DNA of 64,000 nucleotides from Pavona decussata (Eukaryota): NCBI GenBank assembly GCA_977016875.1, contig CDRNST010000123.1, positions 5,456,001 to 5,520,000 of the forward strand, read 5' to 3'. Shown piece by piece: positions 46,256 to 58,948 of this stretch (position 1 is its first letter; each line of letters starts with the position of its first letter). The notes under the pieces were generated by a model. It saw only the letters and a program-made list of their open reading frames with translations, ran no database searches and was not told where the DNA came from. The position numbers and the translations under genes were made by a program.

Positions 46256-49200
46256 CAGTATAAAGGAAAGTGAGCCACACGGTACACGAATGCGTTTGAT
46301 GTTGTTCACTGTCTAATGAAAGAGCCGGCTAAGTTCAAGTCCATGGCTTCATGACATATGTGCACCACTTCAGAGATAAGGAGTCTTGCAGGTTCGTTCC
46401 TCTTTAATTTGGATTCTTACTTCTCCTAAGTTTGAGTTTTACGCTGGCAATTGACCCACGTGGCTGGAGTTGTCGCTCCACACGACAAACTGATCGCTGG
46501 ATATTTAGTCGCAGTAATATTCTTTGCAGTAGACGAATGTCGCACGGTTAAGTCAAACTTGCTTCTGTTTGATGCCTTTCGTTCATGATCTGTGGATTTG
46601 TAAATAATTTCTAAATTTCGTCGAGGCCTTACACAAATATCGCTTGCCTGGTTTCGTTGTTCCGTCTTCTATGACTCTTTAACAGTTTATTACACATATT
46701 TTTATTTTGGAAATGAGCACTGCGTGAAGTGCTTTGGAATATTTTTGCAGTTTTAGCGCTATATAAATTTGATTTATTATTTTTTGTTGTAACTGAGATG
46801 ATGTTAAATGTCTAAAAAAAAGTTAAGATCACCGTTGTGCGACATTTCACATCGACATCATAGTTTAAACTATTATCTTTCTTGCTTTCTAACCAGTTTG
46901 AAGGTAACAGAGAAAAGAGTCTTACCTGATAGATGGAACCTGTAGACGCAACGTTTGGTGGAATGTTTTCTATTCTAGGAGGTAAGGTAGTCTGTTCTGG
47001 TCATGTTTTTGGACAAAATTGCACGTTTGTTTTTTGCATGATACATTTACTCAAATCTGATTCAACCATATATCCTTATCTCTGTACCGCTTTCGTGAGC
47101 ATACTGCGTGAAAACTGAGTATTACAAGCACTCGAAATTCAGTTAAAAGAGTGGCTAAATCACTCCTCGATTTACTGGCTCTGTGATAAATCCGATTCCC
47201 TCCTCATTTTGAGTGCCACTGTTGCGATTACATGTATCATTATCATAACTAAATACTTCTTGCAAGTGTTGGAAATTAAGTTTATGGAATGGCTTAATCC
47301 ATTCTCTATTTTTAATCTGTAATAATTCTGTTTGGTTAAGAAATCATTGAATTTGTGTATATGTTTTTGTTCAGGTCATTAACTAGGAGAAGTTTGAAAG
47401 ACACAAGCCAAATGAAGAACGGAAAGCACAAGAATGTTCAAGCTCTGTGACACCTCCGTCGGCTAGTTCAGATAAGTACAAACGCCTTTTTCATTCAGTA
47501 TGAAGTACACCGTACTTAGCCGGAGTTAGGCCAAATTATAAGTTGCAGGAACAAAGCTACCTCAAATTAAAGTTGCGGATGCATGCCCCTTGTACGCGGT
47601 TACTAGCTTGCGTTTGAGTCTGGGTTAGGCTTTTGTTTATACTGAATTTAATTAAAGTTTTGATTGTGCCTCGGTTAAGACCAATAAAATTAAAAACTTG
47701 GCTGCCGGGGCTACCATATATTACATTTTTGTAGGTATGTAACTTAAATGTTCGCATATTTTGTCGGAGGTCGGTACGATTTCTCCAGGAATTTTTTGAA
47801 AGCAGAAAAAAAACAAAACAAAAACAGGGAGAATAATTTATTATAATAAACTGCTAATGCAGAATAATCAGATTTCAATAGGCTAATTGTGCTTTTCTGT
47901 AGCTCCAAATTTACGGAACTGAGCTTTTAATTTCAAATAAATTTAAAGCCGGTTATCGGAATAAAAGAGTGAAACTTGTTAATACAATGTCTGCATCATT
48001 GTATTGTCATTTTTTTTATAGTTTTTGTTTAATTTGTGGTTTTCTGATAGATTATCTCCAAAATCAGATTCTGTCATGTGGTTAAAATAGTTCTAATTAT
48101 ATATAACGGAATCTGTTTCCTTTCGAGGTTTTTTTTCGCACACAAATGTTCACTTTTGATGCTTAGCATGAACTTTTTATCTCTCGTAATTTTTCTTTTA
48201 CAAACCATATTAAATTGAGAATGTAAATTCTTTCCAAGTAAAATAGATTTAACTTGGTATCTGTATTTGGCCGTACTTTGTACCAGTAACCTGCATGTCA
48301 AACTGCTTAGTTTTTCCGTTATTATATTCGCTTAGTCGGTCGAATTGTTAGTCATGATTTTTCATACCCTAGTGTTTATACAGAGAAAAGTAACTGTTTA
48401 TAATATCAAACAGTTGAATGCAGCGTATATTATCTTCTAAGGGTAGTTTGGCTTGATCAGAGAGTTTTTCTTTTCTATAATTATGTCACGGTATAACCAC
48501 ATAATGAAGATTTCCTAGAAGATGTTGCCACCATTTTTAACAAAGCAAATTGTAAATAAGCAAAAAAGGACATTTCCCTGTATAGGTTGATTGCATTGCC
48601 GCCATGTTGGTGCCCAAACAAAAGAAAATTTGCTCACATAGTTTGCTTAAAATGGAAGTTAACTCTCGGAGGAGAAAAGTCTTATTGTTCCTAACCACCA
48701 ACATGGACGCCATTACGTAGCGTGTAATCAACCTATAGATTTCCTAGTTTGTGGATATAATAGTTAGGGCTATTGAAAGAGTGCTTTGGCACAGATAATT
48801 GAGATAAACGTTCGTTGCAAATTGTTAGAATTCCAGGAAAAAGCGTCACTTTTAAATGATGTTAATTAGAAACCTTTGTCCCACGCTAAAATTTGTCGAG
48901 TTTAGGTATTTTATAAGAGAGACTTAAACAATTATTTGGCGCCAAAAATTACTGCAACGCCTAATCATAGAATGCCTTCAGAGCGCCGCTTTAAGGATGT
49001 TGTATAAATACTAAAACTTTCTCGCAGAAAAGCTAAAATGCAATCAAACTGTACATCTAAGAAATGTTAAGACCTGCGTGAAGCCCTTAAGCTGTTTATT
49101 GAAATTCCAAAGCATTCTACAATGTTCTAAAATGTACGTTACCTACTCTATTCCCTATATTCCCTACATTTACTGAATGAATGGCTTTGCTTTTTAAGGT

Positions 49201-50509
49201 GCATGGCCCCTTTCTTATATGTTTTTAAACTTTCTAAACAGTCGTATCTGAACATGTTTTTTTCTATAACAAAATTAAACGGGGTCACCGGGCCCGTGTT
49301 TGAGTTGTAACCACTTACAATTAAAACATTGGGTTGGTTCGACTGTTACTATGTTAACCTATATTATTTCGAGAAAATGACCATAACTTGCTCAGCAATG
49401 TCAATGCATTTGTTTGAGGTGTGCATTGTTGTATCATGCATTTGAAAAAGAGTGGTATTAATGATCCGTCAAACTATAAGTACTGGAAAGTGATGGAAAC
49501 TGGTGCCAGCCACCTTAAAGAATGTTTTGGATTCAAAGCAAACTTTAAACAAAAATCATCGGGCCAATAAAAAGAAACACGAGTCTAATGAAGACTGTTT
49601 AGTTAGGAAAAATATAGGAATGGTACGATGAAGTGGACGTACAGAATAAAGTTTTTAATCCGAGCTGTGTTATTGTTAGTGTTCTAATTTCATATCGCAG
49701 CAAAGACGTAAGTGTTGAAGTCGTAAACAGTCGTTTGTAAATGTTAGTAAGTTCTATATGTTTGTAAGAGAACAAGGACAGAGTGTACCTTAAAATTTAA
49801 ATGGCTGTTATATACGATGGACTTCTGTTTATATCTATCGTACAAGAAGGGTATCAGAAAAGCTTTCTTCGTTTGGTATATAAATTGTCTTGGGATTGTA
49901 AACTGATAAGCGAAGAATTGAATTAATCAGGTTTGTTTTGGGCAATCCCATCGACATCCTGGACTTAACGCTGTGTAAATGTTTATGACAGAGGTAAATA
50001 TTTAACAATTATCCTGACCATTCGCAGAGTATATTTGTAATATTTTAAGCGCTCATTTGAATATTTTGGGCGACAATTAATCATTATGTTTACTGTATCC
50101 TCCTTTTGTTACCGTTTAAAGACTAGTATTATTTCTGTAGAAGAAATACTCCCAGAGTTATGAACTGTTCTGAACATTTTGTTTTGGACTGGTGTAATTC
50201 ATTCGCCATTCGCAACGAATATATTTAAATCATTGCAAACACGGAGGAATGAATTTCAAATATTTTTATCCGAGCGGCCAAATTGTACGCGCGATCCTTA
50301 TCGTACGCATTTCAAGCTTTTAACACAGATATATTAAAAGTTTCCACAGTACAAATATTTTCAGAGAGCTTAATTTTTTCATCCACAAGTATTTTATGCT
50401 CTCGAACGTCATCGGAATTCAGCACTGTGATCTTGCACGATCAACAAGAACTAGCTGGTTCAAAACATTTTCGGCTGCCGAAAAATTAGCAAAAACTAGG
50501 TCTCCTGAG

Positions 50510-51100
50510 ACGTATTTAAGTCATGCCTCCCCCTTAGCGCAAGGGTTACTTTTTTCAATAGTTTTTACCTCTATTTGATTATGGGGATATAATCTGGGGT
50601 CATAGGGAGGTAATGCCTCTTTGATGTCTGAGCTACAAGTGTTGGAAAATAAGGCTGCTCGCCTTATATTAGATCTTCCTGCCCATTCATCTGCATCTGA
50701 AGCGCTAAAGACACTTGGATGGAAGCCCTTAGTAAGCCACACGGTTCCAATCTTATTTAATGGCGATTTTCACGGTTATGATAGCACGTCTATAAAAAAT
50801 ATCTGCAAATCGACTGCCAATAGAAAATGGGGCCACTGGTCATCAATTAAGTTTAGTTCAGAAATCTGGAACAGATTAGATCCCGCGATAAGGGAAGCAG
50901 AGTCGCTGACTGCTTTTAAACGTGGACTGTCAAAAGCCATTTTATAATCCATTTATAGTTCTACTTTTAACTCTGGTATATATATTTTTTCATTACCTGT
51001 TTCTTGTTTCTATAATTTAGGTTTTTATTTCTTCTTGTAATTTTTTAAAGCACCCTCACAAAACCACTTGTGAAAGTGCACCCTGTTTATAAAGATTACT
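50510..51100 (+). mobile_element. CR1/L2 LINE 3' fragment
   Basis: DYGDIIWG...LMSELQVLENKAARLILDLP..SSASEAL..LGWKPL...WNRL..IREAESLTAFKR, the RT C-terminal region. Confidence 0.75.
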
Positions 51101-51142
51101 ATTATTGTTATTAAGAACAGAGGCAAACAATGGAAAGAGTTA

Positions 51143-51907
51143 CCGTGTAGCATGAAAATTTTGCGGGTTCTAATTTTTGCGGATTTTGCGGATTGACCCC
51201 GATCCGCAAAAATTAGTTCCCGCAGAAATAAACACCGGCAAAATAAAACGCCGCAAAAATTAACTCCCTCTAGTCAAATTAAAAACTCCACTTTTAATAG
51301 ATCTGCGCCACTGGGGCGATATACATTGGACTTATAAACAGACCAACCATGCTCTATTGGCGCTTCTGCGGCGGCCTGCACAGAAGTTATTTCAACACTT
51401 GAAACTAACTGAACAAGAGTGTTTATATCATCGGCTGAGTCTGCCTCATTGTGTTACTGTAGGGCAAAGTTTTGCATTTTAGCAGACCTCTCCCAGTTAG
51501 GTCTCAAAGTTGTATACTTGCTACATCTTTCACTCGAAAGCCCCTCTGTATGCCTAGAAAGGTTTCAGCTACGGTAATTCAAACATTCATACGGTTGTGC
51601 ATCTTAGGCCAGATAGGCTTTTTGTTTTGTTTTGATGTTGTTCAGTCCCTTTACGCAGTAAGGTACTCCAGTGATATGTCTCTAATATGTAAGTAGAGTG
51701 AACTGTGACTCAACATACCGTACAATAAAAGTTAAAAATATTAAGGTTTCTTCCACTTAAATGCTCTGCTATTTGAACAGAGCATCGCAAAAATTAGTTC
51801 CCAGCAAAACTTTTAGTCATCGCGAACCGCAAATATTTGTTCCCGCAGACCACAAAAACTCGCCGGTCCGCAAAATAAAACTCCCGCAAAATTTTCTTTC
51901 TACACGG
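51143..51907. mobile_element. TA-flanked MITE (CCGTGTAG termini)
   Basis: TA|CCGTGTAGCATGAAAATTTTGCGGG...CCCGCAAAATTTTCTTTCTACACGG|TA. Confidence 0.8.
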
Positions 51908-52205
51908 TAGTGAGCATTTCGACCTATTGAAACCTTAACTATATTAACTAGCTAATTTAGTTTTCAACCCTGTTAACGCATCTCTTTTCGATGGCCATTG
52001 AATTTTTTTACGTTAAACTTCTTTTTCCTTCTGGTCAATTATTGTTTTAATTTTCATTTTTTCCTAGTTGATTGTATCCGTTTTTGTTTTTAACTCGTTC
52101 ATTGTACATGCGCAATGAATGAGTTTTAGCATTTGGGGGCTCGGTGATCGATTTAATCGGAATTTACTCAAATCATAAATCATTCATTGGTCTACGTATT
52201 ATATA

Positions 52206-52672
52206 CGTTATTACATGGAATTTTCGCGACACCTTAATTTCGCGATTTTACGAAAATTCAGTTGCGTTTTGACTAACTTTAGTTTCGCGTTTTTATCAAT
52301 GTTTTTTATCATGTCCCTAAATTTAAGGCATCTACAAAGACCGTTGAAGCAATTAAAAGGTTAAGCAACTAGTGGAACAGCACTACAAGGAGCCAGTAAA
52401 TGGACAGTTTGAGGATTGTACAAAAGAAGTGCTACCTGGAGTGGAGACGGAAAGCAATAGTGATGAAGAGGACCAGAACATTACCACAGAATAGTTCAAA
52501 ATGATTGTTATGAACGTATGTATAATGGTAATAAAGTCGCTTTTTTAATTATTGACATAATGTGCGTCACTTGATTTTCGCGTCATGTTATTTTCGCGAC
52601 ATTTAATTTTCGCGTCAATTAAATTTCAAAACTTGCGAAATTAAAGTGTCGCGAAAATTTCATGTAATAAGG
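52206..52672. mobile_element. TA-flanked MITE
   Basis: TTATTACATGGAATTTTCGCGACAC / GTGTCGCGAAAATTTCATGTAATAA. Confidence 0.75.
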
Positions 52673-52877
52673 TATACATTATAAGTCGCCAACAATACAA
52701 AAGAGCAAGGACCAAATATGAATGCAACGAATAAATTATTGTAGAAAGAAAACAGTGTGTGTTGTCTGCTAAATGCTTTCATTTTATACACTGCTAATAC
52801 ACAACTACTAATTCTTTTTCAGGACAGGTATTTCATTCGACATGCGGAGCTGTGCATTTATCAAAGTTTAAACATGT

Positions 52878-54190
52878 CAGGGGCTTACTGTATTTTGTAA
52901 AGCAAAACGAAACGAATTGATGAATAAACCTGTAAAATTGAAGATAAAAGCACCAGAACAGTCAAATTTGTTCGTGTGTGATGAGGTAAAAGAGGAATAA
53001 AACACCAAAAGTGCAGAGTTTCTAAATAAGAAGATCTGTACTTTGCAAAACGAACCTGTTTTGTTTAGACATTCGATTGCTGAACAAAACATGGTTAGCC
53101 AGGAAGTCCGAAGTGCTCCTTTTCGAAAATTACATACCTGCATTTTGCGAAATGAGCTCAGCGTTGACCGCAACGGTATTTAACATGTTCGTTTACATTT
53201 GTTTACACATGTGAGGGGCTGTGTACTGTATTTTGTGAAGCGAAATGAAACGAAATAATGAATAAACCTGTCAGTAAAATTGAAGATAAAAGCACCAGCA
53301 GTCAAATTTCTTTGTGTGTGATGACGGAGGTAAGAGAGGAATAAAACGCCAGAAGTGCAGAGTTTCTAAATAACATCTGTGCTTTGCAAAACGAACCTGT
53401 TTTGTTTAGACATTCGATTGCTGAACAAAACATGGTCAGCTAGGAAGTCCGAAGTGCTCCTTTCGAAAATTACATACCTGCATTTTGCGAAATGAGCTCA
53501 GCGTTGACCATACCAGTATTTCATGTTCGTTTACATTTGTAAACGCTTTTGTTCAACATTCTTCGCTGCAATGATGACTTTTGAACGAAAAATAGGGAGC
53601 CTAGAGGTCCGAAGTGCCGCGTTTCGCAAACTACAGATCTGTACTTTACGAAACTAGTACTTGGTAAAACCCCACAATAATTAACTTTTTGTTTACATTC
53701 GTAAACGCTTTTCGTATTCCAGGAAGTCTTGGAGGTACGAAGTGCTCCATCTCGCAAATTACAGATCTGTATTTTGCAAAACGAGCTCTTGGTAGACCGT
53801 AACGATTTTTAACGTTTTGTTAACATTCGTAAACCCTTTTCGTAAATATTCCTCGTCGCAATGATGTTTTCTGAACAAAAAGTAGTGAGCCAAGGGACCG
53901 AAGTAAGCTCCGTTCCGCAAATTTTCGAAAAGAGCTCTGCCAAGACCGTGACGGTGTTTAAGCTGTTTGTTTACATCAGTAAACGTCTCTTTTCTTAAGT
54001 ATTCTTCGCCGCAATGGTGATTTCTTAACAAAAATCCGTAATGCTCCCTTTCGCAAATTAAAAATCTCTATCTTGCGAAACGAGTTCCCTTGGTAGAAAC
54101 TTGTTTACTCGCATTCGTAAACGCTTTTCTTAAATATTCCAACGATAATTTCTGAACAAAAGATGATGAGTCAAAGGGTCGGAAGAAATT
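52878..54190. repeat. Tandem array: ~335-bp duplication plus diverged ~120-bp satellite units
   Basis: 52878-53205 ~ 53212-53545; recurring ctgaacaaaa...ccgaagtgctcc.tttcg.aaattaca.atctgta.tttgc.aaacgagctc. Confidence 0.8.
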
Positions 54191-54951
54191 AACAAAAATA
54201 GCCTAAATAACACTCGACCGCCGAAAAAGAGGATAGTGGGCATTTTGAGAATCTCAATTCGATTAACTGCACAAGCTCTCGAAAGATTTAAACCGAAGAG
54301 CGAAAATCACTCATGGATTTTTAAACACTGGAATGGAGAACGGAAGATTAAGGGTAATGTTATTCTCAGTATGGTATACAATGCGGCAAAATAATACCTC
54401 TCAGACTCGAAAAGAACAGAATAAAATAACACAAGTTACCCCTCCGGGAAAAAAAAACCTATTCAACATTGTCCAACAAAAAGGAAACCCAACCCGTTAA
54501 ACGGACGGCTCGAGCGATTTTTCTATACTTCATTCACGAACAACAGCTACACACACTAAAAAAAAGTCGCAGAACATAATCTCTTGGGACAAAATCCAAA
54601 ATCTCTTTTTATTCACATGCCTATTATAAATAAAAATCAAAACATCTGGCACAGTGCTAAGATTTTACCTGTTTTATAAACCAGATTTATGACTACGCCG
54701 AACAATTGTTAAAGGTAACTCTTAAATAGTACATGGGCCACTTATACAAACAGCAGAAAAGTGTAACGGGATCTTTCTGTAGACCCTAAAGAAAGTAGGT
54801 GTAGTCTAAACGAAATATTGGGCAATAATATTATTTTAGTTGTCCGGTCAGCCTTGAATTTCAATATTAATAAACGTAAGCAAAAGATATATAATAAAAA
54901 ATAAACAAACAGAAGCCACAAGATCTTCATTCAAGAAAACACAGGTATGTG

Positions 54952-55048
54952 AGACTGGGGGGTTGAGTGTACCAAGTGTGTAGACTGGGGGGTTGAGTGT
55001 ACCAAGTGTGTAGACTGGGAGGTTGAGTGTACCAAGTGTGTAGACTGG
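54952..55048. repeat. 30-bp minisatellite, ~3 copies
   Basis: ggttgagtgtaccaagtgtgtagactgggg repeated. Confidence 0.9.
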
Positions 55049-55189
55049 TCTCCCGGGTCGTCGGGGGCAGGGTGGGGTTCCCCCACCCAGCCCCCTCCGC
55101 GCTGGCCGCGGGACGGTGGGTCGTCGACTCATCACGACATAAACATGATAGAGACCAATCCGAGAATTATCAAAATGTAGCAACTGTGA

Positions 55190-55234
55190 ACCGTGAACAG
55201 CTGTTTTGAGGTAGTTGGCTCTTGTCAGCACGGT
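55190..55234 (-). ncRNA. Decayed type I hammerhead motif (retrozyme-like)
   Basis: Reverse strand ACCGTG-CTGACAA-GAG(ccaactac)CTC-AAAA-CAGCTG-TT-CACGGT; stems intact, G8 and G12 are A. Confidence 0.55.
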
Positions 55235-55598
55235 GTAGCACGGCAAAAAGTAGAACACCAACGCGAGTGGAGTGTTGTACCAAATACAGCCACCCAACGT
55301 AACCGCGCTGGCTGGGTGGCAGAGGGAGGTTGGGGGCAGGGTGGCCAAGGTGCTCATACAGCCGCCAGGTTTATTAGAAATACGTCTTCTAAGAGAAATC
55401 TTTATTATCATTTAGCATTGTTTTATTACATTTAGGGTCTGGTTTACAGTTTCAAATTTTTTATCGATCAAATCATGTTTTGATCAATGGCAATGTCTTA
55501 GACTTCTGATTTCGTATTTCTTGTTTACGCCAACAATCCCGCACAAGCATCCTTAGAAGTTCGATGTAATCACAGTGCAAAATCTGCATCCTTTGCTT

Positions 55599-55638
55599 TC
55601 ATTCTGGTTTCATACAAACCTCGTGACTCCCAAAAACA
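55599..55638 (-). CDS. DKK3: Dkk3-like exon 4 (VFGSHEVCMKPE*)
   Basis: tttctcag acceptor in phase 2; supplies the 10th Cys of CRD2 and the stop. Confidence 0.82.
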
Positions 55639-56086
55639 CTGAGAAACAAGGAAACAAAACACAAAAGATTTTGATGGAGAAACTCGAAAAAAAAATTCCG
55701 AGTTCTTCTGACAGAAGGCGAACGTATGACGATTCCTATTGGGAAAACTAAGATTTTCTTTTCCTGAGTACGCCTGTGTTACTGAATGAAAGAAAAAACC
55801 TCTATGATTTATTTACCAGGCTAAAAATTTAACATCACATTTCTTTCAAGAAAGATTTTGTAGATGGCTGTAGACCAATCGGGCTAACAATTAGCCAGTT
55901 AGCTTGAACGTTTAGTTGTTGACACGAGTGTAACAAAGTAACACAAGATCTGTTATACAAGTGGCGTAGAGAGGTGCAGTTCCCGTCAAAAAACTCTTAT
56001 TTGTGTTTCACGTTTGCGTTGCTTTTGCTTACTACGCTCTGTAATTGGTAAGTAAAAATCGCGCCACTTACTTGATCAATCTATCT

Positions 56087-56133
<47 letters not shown>

Positions 56134-58948
56134 CAATCGTGACTTGTTCGCAAGCCTTTTTGCGCGCTTGGCACCTGTTTTATGTATTTGCTTTCAATCC
56201 TGATTGGATCATTGCCCTCTTTACATCTTTACATCTGTTGCGATTGTTAGAATTAATACTTTGGCTTTGGTTTTATGTCATTCAATTGAAAACCGTTATT
56301 TGACGGTAGCTTTATACTTACACAGCTGAAATGAACATATTAATGTGATCAAATGCGCATAACAAATAAAATTAGAAAGTTCACATAAAGCCACCAAAGC
56401 TATAGTTAAAACTATATAATTTAACAACAACAGCGAACAATCGACAACATAGAAAAATGACTGACCCTTTTTGCAGGCACTCTAGGCCTTCTTTACACGG
56501 TCCACAGTCTGGTTTCTCTCCTACCCAAATCTTGCGATACAAAATGGCGGCACACTGGTGGTACTCGTCCAGCATTGGTTTGCAGATTGGTAAGTGAGTG
56601 TTGATGGTTGGTTCCAACACACAGCATGCGTCTTTACAATCAGTATCTTTCTCGCAAAATGTGCCTAAAATCAGGGAAAATTGCAACATTATTTTTTTTA
56701 AATAACTTAAATAGATCAGTCAAAACATTAATTCACGTCACGGAAAATATTGATATGAGGTTATTTTTCATCGCTTTTGGCTCACATGATGAAAGTGTAT
56801 TGTTGGTTGTACCATAATGTGATCAATTTTATGTTGATGGGGACGATTTCAGTGAAGCATGGATGCTACGAGTACAAGATACTACGATATCAAGTAACAT
56901 CACAATGCACCACTGGCTCAGCAGAGGACCTGTGAGGAAACAGTTTCTAGTCTTTTTTAATGAAAATGGTAATCCACCAATCACATGATACGTTGCGTGA
57001 GATATAGCAACGCATAAAAGTCAGCATCATTACCAGACACCGCGATGTTTCAGCTGTTTACATCAAACAATTTTACCTGGAAATCAAACGGTTCAGAAAT
57101 AGTGCTCTACCTCTGGAGGGCTTTTTATGTTCGTGTTGGAAACGCGGAAATTTATGTTCTCCTATCAGAGAGAGTCGCGCAAAATTGCAAACGATACAGC
57201 GACGATAAGCCTCGTTCCTTCCAGCTTGTATAATGAATTTGGAACAATCCGTAGCATTACGGCTTTCCTTTAAATGATTAGCAGCTGAGCCAAAAAGCAT
57301 ACGGGCGCAGAATTAAGGTCGCGCTATGCTTGTGTCAATTACTGTCAACGTAACTACATCGTGAGGAAAACAATAAGGTAGCTTTATCAGTTTAGGATTA
57401 TTCAGCAGTGTTACCTGGGTCTCCTTTGGCCGACTTTTTCTCGCATCTTCCAAAAGTGCAAACGAATTCTTTACAGCACTGGTCGTTATTATTGCAGGCT
57501 ACGTTGAGTTTATGACATTTCTCACAGTAAAGTACATTGCAGTACGTTCCCTCTTTACACGGCTTCTTTTCAGAACACTCGGCCTGGTAATATCCTGGGG
57601 CTATCATCTGTGAATAAATGAAACACAGTTGAAATTCTTTGGGATGACAACCACTCGTAGGTAAAACAGTGGCGGATCCAGACCTTCTGGTAAGGTGGAG
57701 ACCCGCTCCGGGGGGCTCCCATACAAAAGTGACGGGGGTGATCGTCGGAAATTTTGAAAAGAATCCCTACAAGGCATCATAATTTTGTTTTGCTTTGTGG
57801 GCGTGGTACTGATACGAACAATTTTTTACTCCTAATAGGCATCAAATCAGTTGACTGACATTTACTTCATCTCATATTTTTCAGCTCAATACCCAAAAAG
57901 GTACCAGAAAACCTCGGACGGAACCTATTTTTCAGCACCCTAGGGGTTACGTACCATGCAAACCACGAATTTCAACCCCTAAAAGGTACGATCACCCCCG
58001 TCACATTTATATGGGAGTTCCCCCGGGATGGGGGCCCGCTCTTGAACACGACTAACTTCTCTTCGGAAAACGAAATATCTTGGGGCCTCGACCCTAAGGG
58101 GCTCGGTTTTGGTTTGGACCCCAGGCCCCTTCCCTAAATTCGCCTCTGGTAATTGCCTCTCTCTTATGAATAAATATGAATGACATTGATTGTATAGAAT
58201 GAACAGATCGCCTTTGAACCTTGAAAGTGAGCTGATGCATGTCTTGGACTTTAACCAGATTGAGTAGTCCTTTCTCTGTCTATACACAATCCTTTTATAG
58301 ATTGGGCAAGGCCTTAAGTTATACTGTATTTACTATGACTAACACTTCATTACAAGAGACGCCGCATGTGTATAAGGAATGCCCTGACTTTCACGTTTAA
58401 CTCCACTGCACTACTCATTAGAAACCACAATGAGGAGGTAATGCCCCAGTTTCGCCGTGAAAGAAATGAAACGACGCCTGGGTAGGTCGGGAGGCAGCTT
58501 TTCTGGGTCACCATTTCAAGCTATACGGCGAGTCCTTGGGTTCCTCCCTTTTCTGTCAGGCCAAGAAGCGCTAGCGCAAGAAAATCTCCCCCCACTTAGT
58601 TTACAGACTTACTTGTCTCTTTCGAAGCTCTTGTTTTAACCTCGTGTTCTGAAATCCTGTTTGTATAATTTTACTCTTGGATAGTTTCTTTATCAACCTT
58701 TTGCTAGCTCCAGTGAGTTTGTAATGTGTTTGGTCGCCTGAGTTGGCAGCGTGTTTGGTCATCCCAGCGTTGATTACATGCCTTTCTTTATTGTTCACCG
58801 TCCCTAACTCGGGTAATTTTCCGACACCGGAGTCTTTCTTTGAACTTGCCACATTTGAGACGGAATTGGATTCACCACAGTATAAAACATGGAGCTGAAA
58901 TAAACATCTAAACAATAACAAGTAAAACTTCAGTTTTCTCCTCAACAT
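55599..58948 (-). CDS. DKK3: Dickkopf-3-like secreted protein, 255 aa
   Basis: Exons 58948-58613, 57607-57415, 56664-56466, 55638-55599 are phase-consistent. Signal-peptide-like N-terminus, long pro-region, 10-Cys Dickkopf_N domain, short linker, 10-Cys colipase-fold domain (CC...ICKP...CGPCKEGLEC). The long N-terminus with short linker is the Dkk3-type layout. Confidence 0.85.
56087..56132. repeat. (TCAA)n microsatellite
   Basis: Direct reading. Confidence 0.9.
56466..56664 (-). CDS. DKK3: Dkk3-like exon 3 (CRD2)
   Basis: 9 Cys, ttttag acceptor, gtcagt donor. Confidence 0.9.
57415..57607 (-). CDS. DKK3: Dkk3-like exon 2 (CRD1)
   Basis: 10 Cys, ttcacag acceptor, gtaac donor. Confidence 0.9.
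57708..58027. mobile_element. CCCGG/EnSpm-like MITE in Dkk3 intron 1
   Basis: CTCCCATACAAAAGTGACGGGGGTGATCGT / ACGATCACCCCCGTCACATTTATATGGGAG TIRs. Confidence 0.7.
58613..58948 (-). CDS. DKK3: Dkk3-like exon 1 (signal peptide + pro-region ending LRKRQ)
   Basis: 336 nt open frame, CAA|gtaagt phase-0 donor. Confidence 0.75.

Noticed and set aside
54952-55048. CRISPR-like 30-bp repeats
   Set aside because: No unique spacers, no cas genes, eukaryotic context.
54848-55411. 187-aa ORF, the longest in the track
   Set aside because: Non-ATG start; composed of a 30-bp minisatellite and a GC-rich repeat; no domain signature.
57667-58148. hAT-like outer element (CAGTGGCGGATCC...TTCGCCTCTG)
   Set aside because: TIR match is short and imperfect with no 8-bp TSD; only the inner element is reported.
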